Assembly (NCBI GenBank): GCA_002269645.1
Contig: NIVC01000469.1
Coordinates: forward strand, 62,001-126,000
Direction of reading: 5' to 3'
Length of the DNA: 64,000 nt
DNA from: Macrostomum lignano
Lineage: Eukaryota
This document shows positions 1 to 10,600 of this stretch, one piece after another; the stretch's first letter is position 1, and every line of letters begins with the position of its first letter. The translations under genes and the position numbers were made by a program. The notes beneath the pieces are model-generated. The model was not told the origin of the DNA. It saw only the letters and a program-made list of their open reading frames with translations, and made no database searches.

Positions 1-938
1 CATCTGCGAGAAGATGTCCGAGTCCTTGGACAGCGACCCCAACATGATGCACAACACGGGTGAGTCCTCCCCTCACCCAGGGGAAAGCAGAGCATCCCCT
101 GTGCTCTGCTTTTGTATAACTGCTCCCTCCCTCCCCTATCTCACCATCTCCCTCTCCCTCCCCTGTCTCACTATCTACCCTTCTATCTCCCCTGTCTCAC
201 TATCCACCTCTCCCTCCCCTGTCTGACTATCTACCTCTCCATCTCCCCTGTCTCACCATCTCCCTCCCCCCCCCCTGCCTCACTATCTACCTCTCCATCT
301 CCCCTATCTCACTATCTACCTCTCCATCTCCCCTGTCTCATCCTCTCCCTCTCCATCTCCCAGTCTCACCATCTCCCTCTCCCTCTCCCTCTCCCCCATC
401 TCACCATCTCCCTCTCCCTCCCCTGTCTCACCATCTCCCTCTCCCTCTCCCTCATCTCACCATCTCCCTCTCCCTCTCCCCCATCTCACCATCTCCCTCT
501 CCATCTCCCCATCTCACCATCTCCCTCTCCATCTCCCCATCTCACCATCTCCCTCTTCCTCCCCTGTGTCACCATCTCCCTCTCCCTCTCCTGTCTCACC
601 ATCTCCCTCTCCCCCCCCATGTCTCGTGTCACCTTCTCTCCCTCTCCTGTCTCACCATCTCCCTCTCCTGTCTCACCATCTCCCTCTCCCCCCTGTCTTG
701 TCACCGTCCCTCTCCTGTCTCACCATCTCCCCTCCCCCCTGTCTCGTCACCTTCTCTCCCTCTCCTGTCTCACCATCTCCTTTATAATCTCCCAGTTTCC
801 GCCCTATTATCGCAGTTTCACTCTGTCCCAAGTTCGCCACTCGCACAGTTAACCAAACCCAACCCGATTGCTGAACTCTCGGCAGGCAACCGGCTCGAAG
901 GCTTTGAGCAGCAATCTTCCTCCGGCTGCAGCTGTTAG
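1..938 (+). CDS. Rab3: Rab3 small GTPase, last two coding exons (partial; join 1..59, 886..938)
   Basis: Frame from base 2 reads ICEKMSESLDSDPNMMHNT, matching the Rab3 motif ICEKMSESLD. GT donor at 60 (phase 1) and AG acceptor at 884-885 give GNRLEGFEQQSSSGCSC*, ending in a CXC prenylation motif; TAG at 936-938. Confidence 0.9.
65..790. repeat. CT-rich degenerate minisatellite (CTCACCATCTCCCTCTCCC-like) in Rab3 intron
   Basis: Recurrent tgtctcaccatctccctctcc units. Confidence 0.85.
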
Positions 939-1284
939 AGCTGGCCGCCTGCTGCCGCTCGCGCCGGCCAGCCCGCCCGTTTTTCTCTTCTCTCTTTCCG
1001 TGCTCGATTGCATCATCTGCCGGAGCCTCATCTCTCTCATTTTGAATCCTGCCGGGCTTCATAACCCCCTCCCTCAAAATCAGCTGGACGTCACCGATCT
1101 GGTCAAGGAAGACGCGACAAGCGAACAGTCTATGAGCTCATTACTAATTGCAGTCATATTATAGACTATTTTTTGCAAAGATTCAATTTAATTATCATTG
1201 GCATCCATTTCAAGTACAAACAATAAGCTCGCGCTGGTCTAATGTTGTTCCGCGTTTAAAAATATTTAAAAGTATTGTACTTTT

Positions 1285-1684
1285 CCCGTTGAAAACGATA
1301 CCGTCACAAGAGTCGCTAAAAAGTCGTTTCAAGCAACTCGCTACGAGCTAGTGACTCTTGTGACTTTTTAACGACTCAAAAGACTGTAGTCGGACGGAGA
1401 CGTCAGGTGTTGAATTTTAAAAGAGTCGGGAAAGAGTCGTCCAAGAATTGTTGTTTTGGTGCTTAACTTTCTACTAACTCAGTAGGCTAGCTAGAGTGCA
1501 ATTAGAGAGCAATGGGCTATACTGGGTGTTGATTGGGTAACTCTAACTCCGGCTCTTCTGCGACTTTTTAGCGACTCTTATCTTGCCATCTCGTAGTTTT
1601 AGAGTCGTCTGGAGTCGCTTCTTTCCTATTTAACCTGCGTCATCTGCAACGACTCCGAAACGCCAAGGTATTGTTTTCATCGGG
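1285..1684. mobile_element. ~400-bp non-autonomous DNA transposon (MITE) with CCC...GGG termini
   Basis: 18-bp terminal inverted repeat with 2 mismatches (cccgttgaaaacgatacc 1285-1302 / ggtattgttttcatcggg 1667-1684), exact 19-bp internal inverted repeat (1308-1326 / 1561-1579), many GAGTCG/CGACTC motifs, TTT on both flanks. Confidence 0.7.
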
Positions 1685-2344
1685 TTTATTGGTTTACAAG
1701 ATAATACGAGTATGAATCTGTGCAATTTTACAGTTAGAATAAATTTTCCTGATTCGTCCTTACTACTTATACTACTGAGTCATTGTGTTACTATTTGGGC
1801 CGCCAGTAGTGTGTATAAGTTTTTGCTTCACTGCATTGCGGCGTAGTTCAAATTGATTAACAGAACTACAGGTTTAGTAGAGTATTCAACTCCGATTGTC
1901 TTCGAGTAGCTATTAGTCTTGTTGCCTGTGCAATAATCCAAATGCCGCTCTGTTGTTTGGTGTCTTGGCTAAAAATTTCTTCACTCATTAATTATTATCG
2001 CTTAATTAAATTTTCCAGTGTCATTATGATGGGGCGCTTGTGCACTTATTAATCTAGATTGCAATATAATGAGAACTAGTGTTTGTTTTTGTGTGCCCAA
2101 AGCTCAAGATAAATTGTTAACAATAATTATTAGTTTTATTATATATTACTATACTTTATATATTTAATTAAATTTCGCCTGATAATCCGTCATCACCCCA
2201 CCCGCCCTAATGTTATTTGAGTAGGCATGTAAAAGCCTTCTAATCTTAGGAGCGCAGAAATTGGAGTGAAGTCGTGTTACTATTTCTCTGTTCCTTTTGC
2301 TGCTCGTTGGAATTCGTTTTAAGTCCATCTGCTTGTCCTCGTCT

Positions 2345-2478
2345 GCTGTCTGTCTGTCTGTATGTCTGTCTGTCTGTCTGTATGTCTGTCTGTCTGTCTG
2401 CCTGTCTGTCTGTATGTCTGTCTGTCTGTATGTCTACCTGCCTGTCTGTCTGTCTGTCTGTCTGTATGTCTGTCTGTA

Positions 2479-2509
<31 letters not shown>

Positions 2510-2510
2510 A

Positions 2511-2549
<39 letters not shown>

Positions 2550-2550
2550 A

Positions 2551-2585
<35 letters not shown>

Positions 2586-2612
2586 ATGTCTGTCTGTCTG
2601 TCTGCCTGTCTG
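2345..2612. repeat. (TCTG)n microsatellite with TATG variants
   Basis: Directly visible. Confidence 0.97.
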
Positions 2613-3224
2613 CATTCTATGTCATTAGTTATTTATACACTGCTTTAAACCCTCATTGTGCATAATAAGTATATATAATTCACTGCTCTGTCTATATTGA
2701 TGCATTATTCTGATTATTATATTATTTATTCATACATATATATTATAAAATGTGTTATTTACTATTGATGAATATACTCGCGTCAAACACACCAAATTAA
2801 CTGTGTTACATTTTACTTTCTTATTTTGACATTTTTTTCGCTAGAAATTTTCCCAAATCCCCTCCAGTCTTAGCAACGCTTTAACCTTGTCCTGCTGTTG
2901 TCTGAAACTCTGTCTTTAAGCCTAGAGTTGGCCCGGGCGTTGCTCCCTTCTATTTTGAGGTGTGCTCTAGTTAAAACAAACACAAAACGGCCATATATCT
3001 ATATGTTATTCGCGTAAAGTCATTGACCCATCGCATTAATAATATTATTATATATACAAAGACTATTAAATATGATTAAATAAAACTGTTGCATCAAAAC
3101 AAAATTATTACTTTTTTTCGAGTCTCAAGCTTGCGTGGATTTTTTGCGCCTAAAATTTGTTTTTATATTTTCTGTTTCAGTGGCTGTTCGGTCGAGAAGC
3201 GAATGGGGTCATAAATTGAGCTTA

Positions 3225-3600
3225 CTGTCACTGACCTCAGACTGGGGTCATATATTGTGGTCAAGTTGGGGTCATAGTGGTCAGATTGGGGTTATAGATA
3301 GTGGTCAGGTTGGGGTCATAGATAGTGGTCAGGTTGGGGTCATAGATTGTGGTCAGGTTGGGGTCATAGATTGTGGTCAGGTTGGGGTCATAGATTGTGG
3401 TCAGGTTGGGGTCATAGATAGTGGTCAGGTTGGGGTCATAGATAGTGCTCAGGTTGGGGTCATAGATTGTGGTCATGTTGGGTCATATATAGTGGTCAGG
3501 TTGGGTCATGTATAGTGGTCATTTCGGGCTCATATATAGTGGTCAGGTTAACGTAATAAATAGTGGGCAGGTTGGTGTCATAGATAGTAGTCAGGCTAGG
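3225..3600. repeat. 24-bp minisatellite (tggtcaggttggggtcatagatag)
   Basis: 8-aa periodic translation GQVGVIDS; degenerate at the edges. Confidence 0.9.
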
Positions 3601-3924
3601 GTCACGTTGAGTTTATGTCTAGTGCTCAGGTTGGTGCATGTGATTAGGTTGGGGTCATGCCTAGTGCTCAGGTTGGGGTCATGTGGTCAGGTTAAGTTCA
3701 AGTGTTCAATTTGGGACCATGTTTAGTAATCAGGTCTGGGTCATCTGTTCAGGGCAAGATCATGTGATTAGGTTGTGGTTATCTGCTCAGGTTGGAATTA
3801 TATCTAGTGGTCAGGTTGGGTCATGAAATCATGCTGGGGTCATGTGCTCAGGTTATGGTCGTGTGCTCAGTTCAGATTAGGGTCATGTCTACTGCTGATT
3901 TTGCCTGGTTATTTTGTTCAGGTG

Positions 3925-4310
3925 TCATGTCTAGTGCTCAGGTTGGGATCATATCTAGTTTTCAGTTTGGGATCATATCTAGTGCTCAGGTTGGGATCAT
4001 ATCTAGTGGTCAGTTTGGGATCATATCTAATGCTCAGGTTGGGATCATATCTAGTGGTCAGTTTGGGATCATATCTAGTGCTCAGGTTGGGATCATATCT
4101 AGTGGTCAGTTTGGGATCATATCTAGTGGTCAGTTTGGGATCATATCTAGTGGTCAGGTTGGGATCATATCTAGTGCTCAGGTTGGGATCATATCTAGTG
4201 CTCAGTTTGGGATCATATCTAGTGCTCAGGTTAGGATCATATCTAGTGGTCATGTTGGGATCATATCTAGTGCTCAGGTTAGGATCATATCTAGTGGTCA
4301 TGTTGGTATC
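3925..4310. repeat. 24-bp minisatellite (gctcaggttgggatcatatctagt), related to the 3225-3600 array
   Basis: 8-aa periodic translation SAQVGIIS. Confidence 0.92.
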
Positions 4311-4477
4311 ATTTCTTAGCTGCTAGCTTCAAGCACTAGTTAGCTGACGAGGCATTCTATTGCCATAGTTACCCGGCCGTTTACCCAAGGTTGCTCCTGC
4401 ACATTGTGTGGTCTTTTGATGGCGCGAGCCTCAGACTAGCAGGCAGGCTATTATTCTCTGTCAATGCAGTCAGCGCC

Positions 4478-4912
4478 ATGCTCGCTGACGATGCTGAAGA
4501 AGAAGAAAACGAATTTTCGAGCCTTCGCGACCAGGCGCAGCGGTTGCGGCGCGAGAATTCGGGTTTGTCGCGCCGCCTGGCCGAGGCCGAGGCGCAGAGA
4601 AACGCCGCTGTCGCCGGCCTCCGTCGCTGCCGGCTGACCGTGGCGCGGCTGAGGCACCGGGCGGCCGCGGCTGAGGCCAGTCGGAGGGAGATGGTTGCCT
4701 TGTCGACGCTCGACAAGCTGCGACAGCTGGCGGCGGAGGTCGAGGCAAAGTCTCGGCGACCGTCGAACGCTCTGTCGGCCTGCCTGCGGACCTGGGAGGA
4801 GCAGCTGCGGCTGGCTCGGTGAGCAGTGAGCAGTCTGGGTTACTGTTTTCTGTGAAAATAAAGTGAGGGTTTTTGCCTTCTGTCATTTCCGTCTTGTGAA
4901 AGTTCTTGCTGC

Positions 4913-4943
<31 letters not shown>

Positions 4944-4944
4944 C

Positions 4945-4987
<43 letters not shown>

Positions 4988-4989
4988 CC

Positions 4990-5062
<73 letters not shown>

Positions 5063-5089
5063 TTCTGTCTGTCTGTCTGTCTGTCTACC

Positions 5090-5142
<53 letters not shown>

Positions 5143-6000
5143 GCCTGTCTGTCTGTCTGTCTGCTTTACAGACCTACTGACCGTAGTATTTGAGTGCATT
5201 TTCATCGCCGCAGGCGGTTTCTCCTCTCTCTGAATGGCTCTCCTGTGCGTATGGGAGATAGAATCGGAGCAAAGGGATTGATCACCAGAGTAAATCATAA
5301 AATATTTTTTAAACACCCCCTACTGATGCTTTCAAGGCGTCTCCGCACCGAAGCCGACAGCCGTCTTGCCGCCGACACGTCGCCCTCCGCAGCGTCGTCA
5401 ACATCGTCAACAGCCTTCTTATCGACGACGCCTCCGACGCCGCCTTCGCCGGATTCTCCGCCGGCGCTGCCTCCGTCGCCCGACTTCGACCTGCTGCGGC
5501 TTCCAGCTGAATCGCCGACCCAGCCAGCGCAGTCCTCGCTGCCGACTTCGCGGTCGCCGACTGTCGCCGTCGCCGTTGAACCAATCGATCGTCGAGTCTG
5601 GCGCCGCGTCGTCGAAGTGCTGCCGGACGCTTCGCTGGCCTCGGTGGCGGCGGCCCTCGCCAACATGCCGGCCATTGAGCGAGTTCGCGCGTCCGAGACC
5701 GACTTGGTCTCCGCCGCTGTCGCCCAACTGCTGGTCGACGTCGATAAAACGGCGGAGGATGACGCCGCCGGATCGACGCTGCCGCCGCCTCCGCCCGGCC
5801 TGGCTTTTGATGCGCCTCTGTGCGCCGTCTGCCAGGAGGCGCTGCCAACGACTGACGGTCACCGACAGCGGCTGCGTCAGCTGACTTGCGGTCACCGGTT
5901 TCACGAGGACTGCGTCAGGCGATGGCTGGCGGAGTGCTCGGCCTGTCCCACCTGTCGGAGGCACTACCTCATGCCCGAGGACTTCCCGCCCTTGGTTTAG
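4478..6000 (+). CDS. Coiled-coil + RING-H2 E3 ubiquitin ligase, TTC3/DZIP3-like C-terminus (join 4478..4818, 5337..6000; ~334 aa)
   Basis: Exon 1 encodes a coiled-coil-like stretch. Donor CG|GTGAGC at 4819 and acceptor TTCAAG at 5336 are both phase 2. Exon 2 has a C3H2C3 RING (CAVC...CGHRFHEDC...CPTC) followed by [13 protein letters not shown], resembling the TTC3 RING tail. Upstream exons are not excluded. Confidence 0.8.
4910..5165. repeat. (TCTG)n microsatellite in RING-gene intron
   Basis: Directly visible. Confidence 0.97.
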
Positions 6001-6129
6001 GCGCTGGAGTGATACTACTGAGTGTCTAGAACTCAGTTTAGTCACGTGCGCGCCTCTTGTGTAAATGGCAGCTGGGTTGAATTGAGTTTAAAAGAATGGA
6101 ATTCGAAATTGAATTTGATCAAAGTGAGA

Positions 6130-6310
6130 ATTAGGCGCTATAGTGAGAATTGTGTCTCATAGTGAAGGTTTGGCGCCAAAATGTGAACCGAACGACAAAG
6201 AATTGAGCGCCAAAGTGAGAATTGGGTGCCATAGTGTGGGTTAGGCGCCAAAGTGAGAATTGGGTGCCATAGTGTGGGTTAGGCGCCAAAGTGAAAATTG
6301 GGCGCCTTTT
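6130..6310. repeat. ~38-bp short tandem repeat (ggcgccaaagtgagaattgggtgccatagtgtgggtta)
   Basis: 2-3 near-perfect copies plus degenerate copies containing GGCGCC. Confidence 0.75.
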
Positions 6311-6786
6311 ACTCTTTCTGTGTAAATTATAACACTTATATGCGCTACACACTACTGGGCACGAATGGCGCGTGTGTGACTTGAATATGAACTAATCTGA
6401 GGCTGTTTTCTTGTACTTTTGGTGCAGGTGACGAAGAGTTTAAATTCTGATTGACTAATGGTACAATTTTTGTGTAAATTTTGCATTTTTGATTATATGT
6501 ATATAGATAACTTTATAATTAGTTCTATTTAATTTTTTAACACGGGAAACTACATTAAGCATGATTAAGAAGTATTCGGGGCAAGCCTTATCCATTTTTC
6601 ATTTTTGTTGATTCCTAAATTGATTACTATATTTTGTAATTTTATTCATTCTGCTCATATTTTATTGTGCCTGCTAGTGACTTCTGTTTGCTGCCAATTT
6701 TGGGATAAGTTTGACCAGTCTTGTAAATTCAATACACTGCCGATTCGTGGCCTACGACTTGAAACTTTTATTTAAAAAACGGGTTC

Positions 6787-7545
6787 CTCCTGCAGTTCTA
6801 CCAATTCCTTCCTGCAGTTCTACCAACTCCTTCCTGCAGTTCTACCAACTCGTTCCTGCAGTTCTACCAACTCGTTCCTGCAGTTCTACCAACTCGTTCC
6901 TGCAGTTCTACCAACTCGTTCCTGCAGTTCTACCAATTCCTTCCTGCAGTTCTACCAACTCCTTCCTGCAGTTCTACCAGCTCCTTCCTGCAGTTCTACC
7001 AATTCCTTCCTGCAGTTCTACCAACTCCTTCCTGCAGTTCTACCAACTCGTTCCTGCAGTTCTACCAACTCGTTCCTGCAGTTCTACCAACTCGTTCCTG
7101 CAGTTCTACCAACTCGTTCCTGCAGTTCTACCAACTCGTTCCTGCAGTTCTACCAACTCGTTCCTGCAGTTCTACCAACTCGTTCCTGCAGTTCTACCAA
7201 CTCGTTCCTGCAGTTCTACCAATTCCTTCCTGCAGTTCTACCAACTCCTTCCTGCAGTTCTACCAGCTCCTTCCTGCAGTTCTACCAATTCCTTCCTGCA
7301 GTTCTACCAACTCCTTCCTGCAGTTCTACCAACTCGTTCCTGCAGTTCTACCAACTCGTTCCTGCAGTTCTACCAACTCGTTCCTGCAGTTCTACCAACT
7401 CGTTCCTGCAGTTCTACCAACTCGTTCCTGCAGTTCTACCAACTCGTTCCTGCAGTTCTACCAATTCCTTCCTGCAGTTCTACCAACTCCTTCCTGCAGC
7501 TCTACCAACTCCTTCCTGCAGTTCTACCACCTACCCCTGCAAGTT
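6787..7545. repeat. 22-bp minisatellite (ttcctgcagttctaccaactcg)
   Basis: Translation repeats every 22 aa, i.e. 3 x 22 bp. Confidence 0.95.
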
Positions 7546-7639
7546 CTACCGTCTACCTCTGTAGTTGTAATCTACCCTACTCTCTAATGCACGTGTTCCA
7601 CTTATTCTCTCACTTTTACCCACGTACAATTGCAAAATC

Positions 7640-7678
7640 TTATCTAACCTAATCTCTTACTTAACTACAGATTTTCAG
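7640..7678 (+). promoter_or_regulatory. Branch point + 3' splice acceptor immediately upstream of fucosidase ATG (5'UTR intron or trans-splice acceptor)
   Basis: ctaac...ctaat...ttaactacag (AG 7669-70) lies 18 nt before ATG 7689; a second AG is at 7677-78. Confidence 0.5.
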
Positions 7679-7688
7679 AGTCTTCGAC

Positions 7689-10600
7689 ATGTACCGCCAG
7701 CTTTGCCTGCCGCTGCTACTGCTGTTGTTGCTGCTGCTGCTCCGCCAGGCTGGCCCCGCCGCGGCTCGCTACGAGCCCAACTGGCAGTCGCTGGACAGCC
7801 GGCCCCTGCCGGGCTGGTACGACCAGGCCAAGATTGGCGTCTTCATTCACTGGGGCGTGTTCTCCGTGCCAGGGTTCGGCAACGAGTGGTTCTGGTGGCG
7901 CTGGCGCGGTGTACCGCCTTTTGTGCGGCCTGAGCAGCCGTTTGTGGACTTTATGGCGGCAAACTATCCGCCAGGATTCACCTATGCCGACTTTGCCAGG
8001 GAGTTCAAGGTGCGGCGCCTGCTGTCTCAGGGGTGGGGTTTGGGAAAAGACACAAGGTGGTGCGAAAAGACACAAGATGGTGGGAAAAAACAAGATGGTG
8101 AGAAAAGACACAAGATGGTGAGAAAAGGCACAAGATGGTGGGAAAAAACAAGATGGTGAGAAAAGACACAAGATGATGAGAAAAGGCACAAGATGATGAG
8201 AAAAGACACAAGATGGTGAGAAAAGACACAAGATGGTGGGGAAAGACACAAGATGATGAGAAAAGACACAAGATGGTGAGAAAAGACACAAGATGGTGAG
8301 AAAAGACACAAGATGGTGGGAAAGACACATGATGATGTGGAAAGACACAAGGTGGTGCGGAAAGACACAAGATGGTGAGAAAGGACAAAAGATGGTGAGA
8401 AAAGGCACAAGATGGTGGAGAAAGACACAAGAAGGTGTAGAAAGACACAAGATGGTGGGAAAGGACACAAGATGGTGAGAAAGGACAAAATATGGTGAGA
8501 AAAGACACAAGATGGTGAGAAAAGGCACAAGATGGTGGAGAAAGACACAAGAAGGTGTAGAAAGACACAAGAAGGTGGAGAAAGACACAGGTGGTGCGGA
8601 AAGACACAAGATGGTGAAAAAAGGCACAAGATGGTGGAGAAAGATACAAAAAGGTGAAGAAAGACACAAGATGGTAGGAAAGACACAAGATGGTGAGAAA
8701 AGACACAAAATGGTGGGCAAAGACGAAAGAAAGTTGAAAAGACACTATGGTGTGGAAAGACACAAGATGGTGACGAAGTACACAAGAAGGTGAGAAAAGA
8801 CACAAGGTGGTGAGAAAAGACACAATATGGTGGAGAAAGACACAAGATGGTGGAGAAAGACACAAGATGGTGAGGAAAGACACAAGATGGTGGGAAAAGA
8901 CACATGATGGTAGAGAAAGACACAAGATGGTGGGGAAAGACACAAGATGGTGAGGAAAGACAAAAGAAGTTGAGAAAAGACACAAGATGGTGAGGAAAGA
9001 CACAAGATGGTGACGACAGACATGAAGTTGAGAAAAGACACAAGATGGTGGGGAAAGACACAAGAAGATGGGGGAAGACACAAGATGGTGGGGAAAGACA
9101 CAATAACGGAGTGTGCATTCGCTTCGCCATCAAACCCAGGCCGAGCTGTTCAACCCAAGAACAGCTCGGTGGGAAAAGACACAAGAAGATGGGGAAATAC
9201 ACAAGATGGTGGGGAAAGACACAATAACGGAGTGTGCATTCGCTTCGCCATCAAACCCAGGCCGAGCTGTTCAACCCAAGAACAGCTCGGTGGGAAAAGA
9301 CACAAGAAGATGGGGAAAGACACAAGATGGTGGGGAAAGACACAATAACGGAGTGTGCATTCGCTTCGCCATCAAACCCAGGCCGAGCTGTTCAACCCGG
9401 AGGCGTGGGCGGACACCCTGTCCCGCTCCGGTGCCAAATACGTAGTGCTAACTTCCAAGCATCACGAAGGCTACTGCCTGTGGAACACCAGCCATTCGTT
9501 CAATTGGAACTCGGCGCAGGTTGGCTCCGGTCGCAATCTGCTAGCCGAACTGGCTGCCGCTATTCGAAATCGCAGCGACGGCCCCCGATTCGGCGTTTAT
9601 CACTCCCTGTACGAATGGTACAATCCGCTGTACTTGACTGACGCGCAAAATAACTTTGTGACGCAAGACTTTGTTCGCTATAAGACTATGGCGGAGCTGT
9701 ACGAATTGGTCAATCAGTACCGGCCTGAGGTCATCTGGAGCGATGGGGATGCCGGTGAGATATATTCTGAGTCTATTTTAATAGTTGGGAGGTCAACTGA
9801 CCCCTTGGCACATAGTTTTCATGAAGGTCAGCTGACCCTGACCCACTTTACCTGCAGTCCATTTAGTGGTCAAGTTATCCCCCCCCCCCAGACTTGCATT
9901 ATGTGTGGAGGTCAACTGACCACCTTGACATTCAGTATGTATGAAGGTCAACTGATTCCCCTTGAAATTAAGTTTACAGTGGAGGTCAGCTGACCCCCCC
10001 TTGATATGCAGTCTATAGTGGAGGTCAGCTGACCCCCCTTGACATTCAGTCTATAGTGAAGGTCAGCTGACCCCCCTTAGCATGCAGTCTATAGTGAAGG
10101 TCAGCTGACCCCCTTGACATGCAGTCTATAGTGGAGGTCAGCTGACCCCCCTTGACATGCAGTCTATAGTGGAGGTCAGCTGACCCCCCTTGACATTCAG
10201 TCTATAGTGAAGGTCAGCTGACCCCCCTTAGCATGCAGTCTATAGTGAAGGTCAGCTGACCCCCTTGACATGCAGTCTATAGTGGAGGTCAGCTGACCCT
10301 CTTGACATGCAGTTGATAGTGGAGGTCAGCTGACCCCCTTGACATGCAGTTTATAGTGGAGGTCAGCTGACCCCCTTGACATGCAGTCTATAGTGAAGGT
10401 CAGCTGACCCTGACATGCAGTCTAAAGTGGAGGTCAGCTGACCCCCCTTGACATGCAGTCTATAGTGAAGGTCAGCTGACCCCCTTAGCATGCAGTCTAT
10501 AGTAAAGGTCAGCTGACCCCCTTGACATGCAGTTGATAGTGAAGGTCAGCTGACCCCCTTGACATGCAGTCTATAGTGGAGGTCAGCTGACCCCCTTGAC

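Noticed and set aside
4344-4370. CTGACGA followed by a GGCA/TGCC stem (hammerhead-like)
   Set aside because: The essential GAAA after stem II is absent (ATAG instead) and no stem I is evident.
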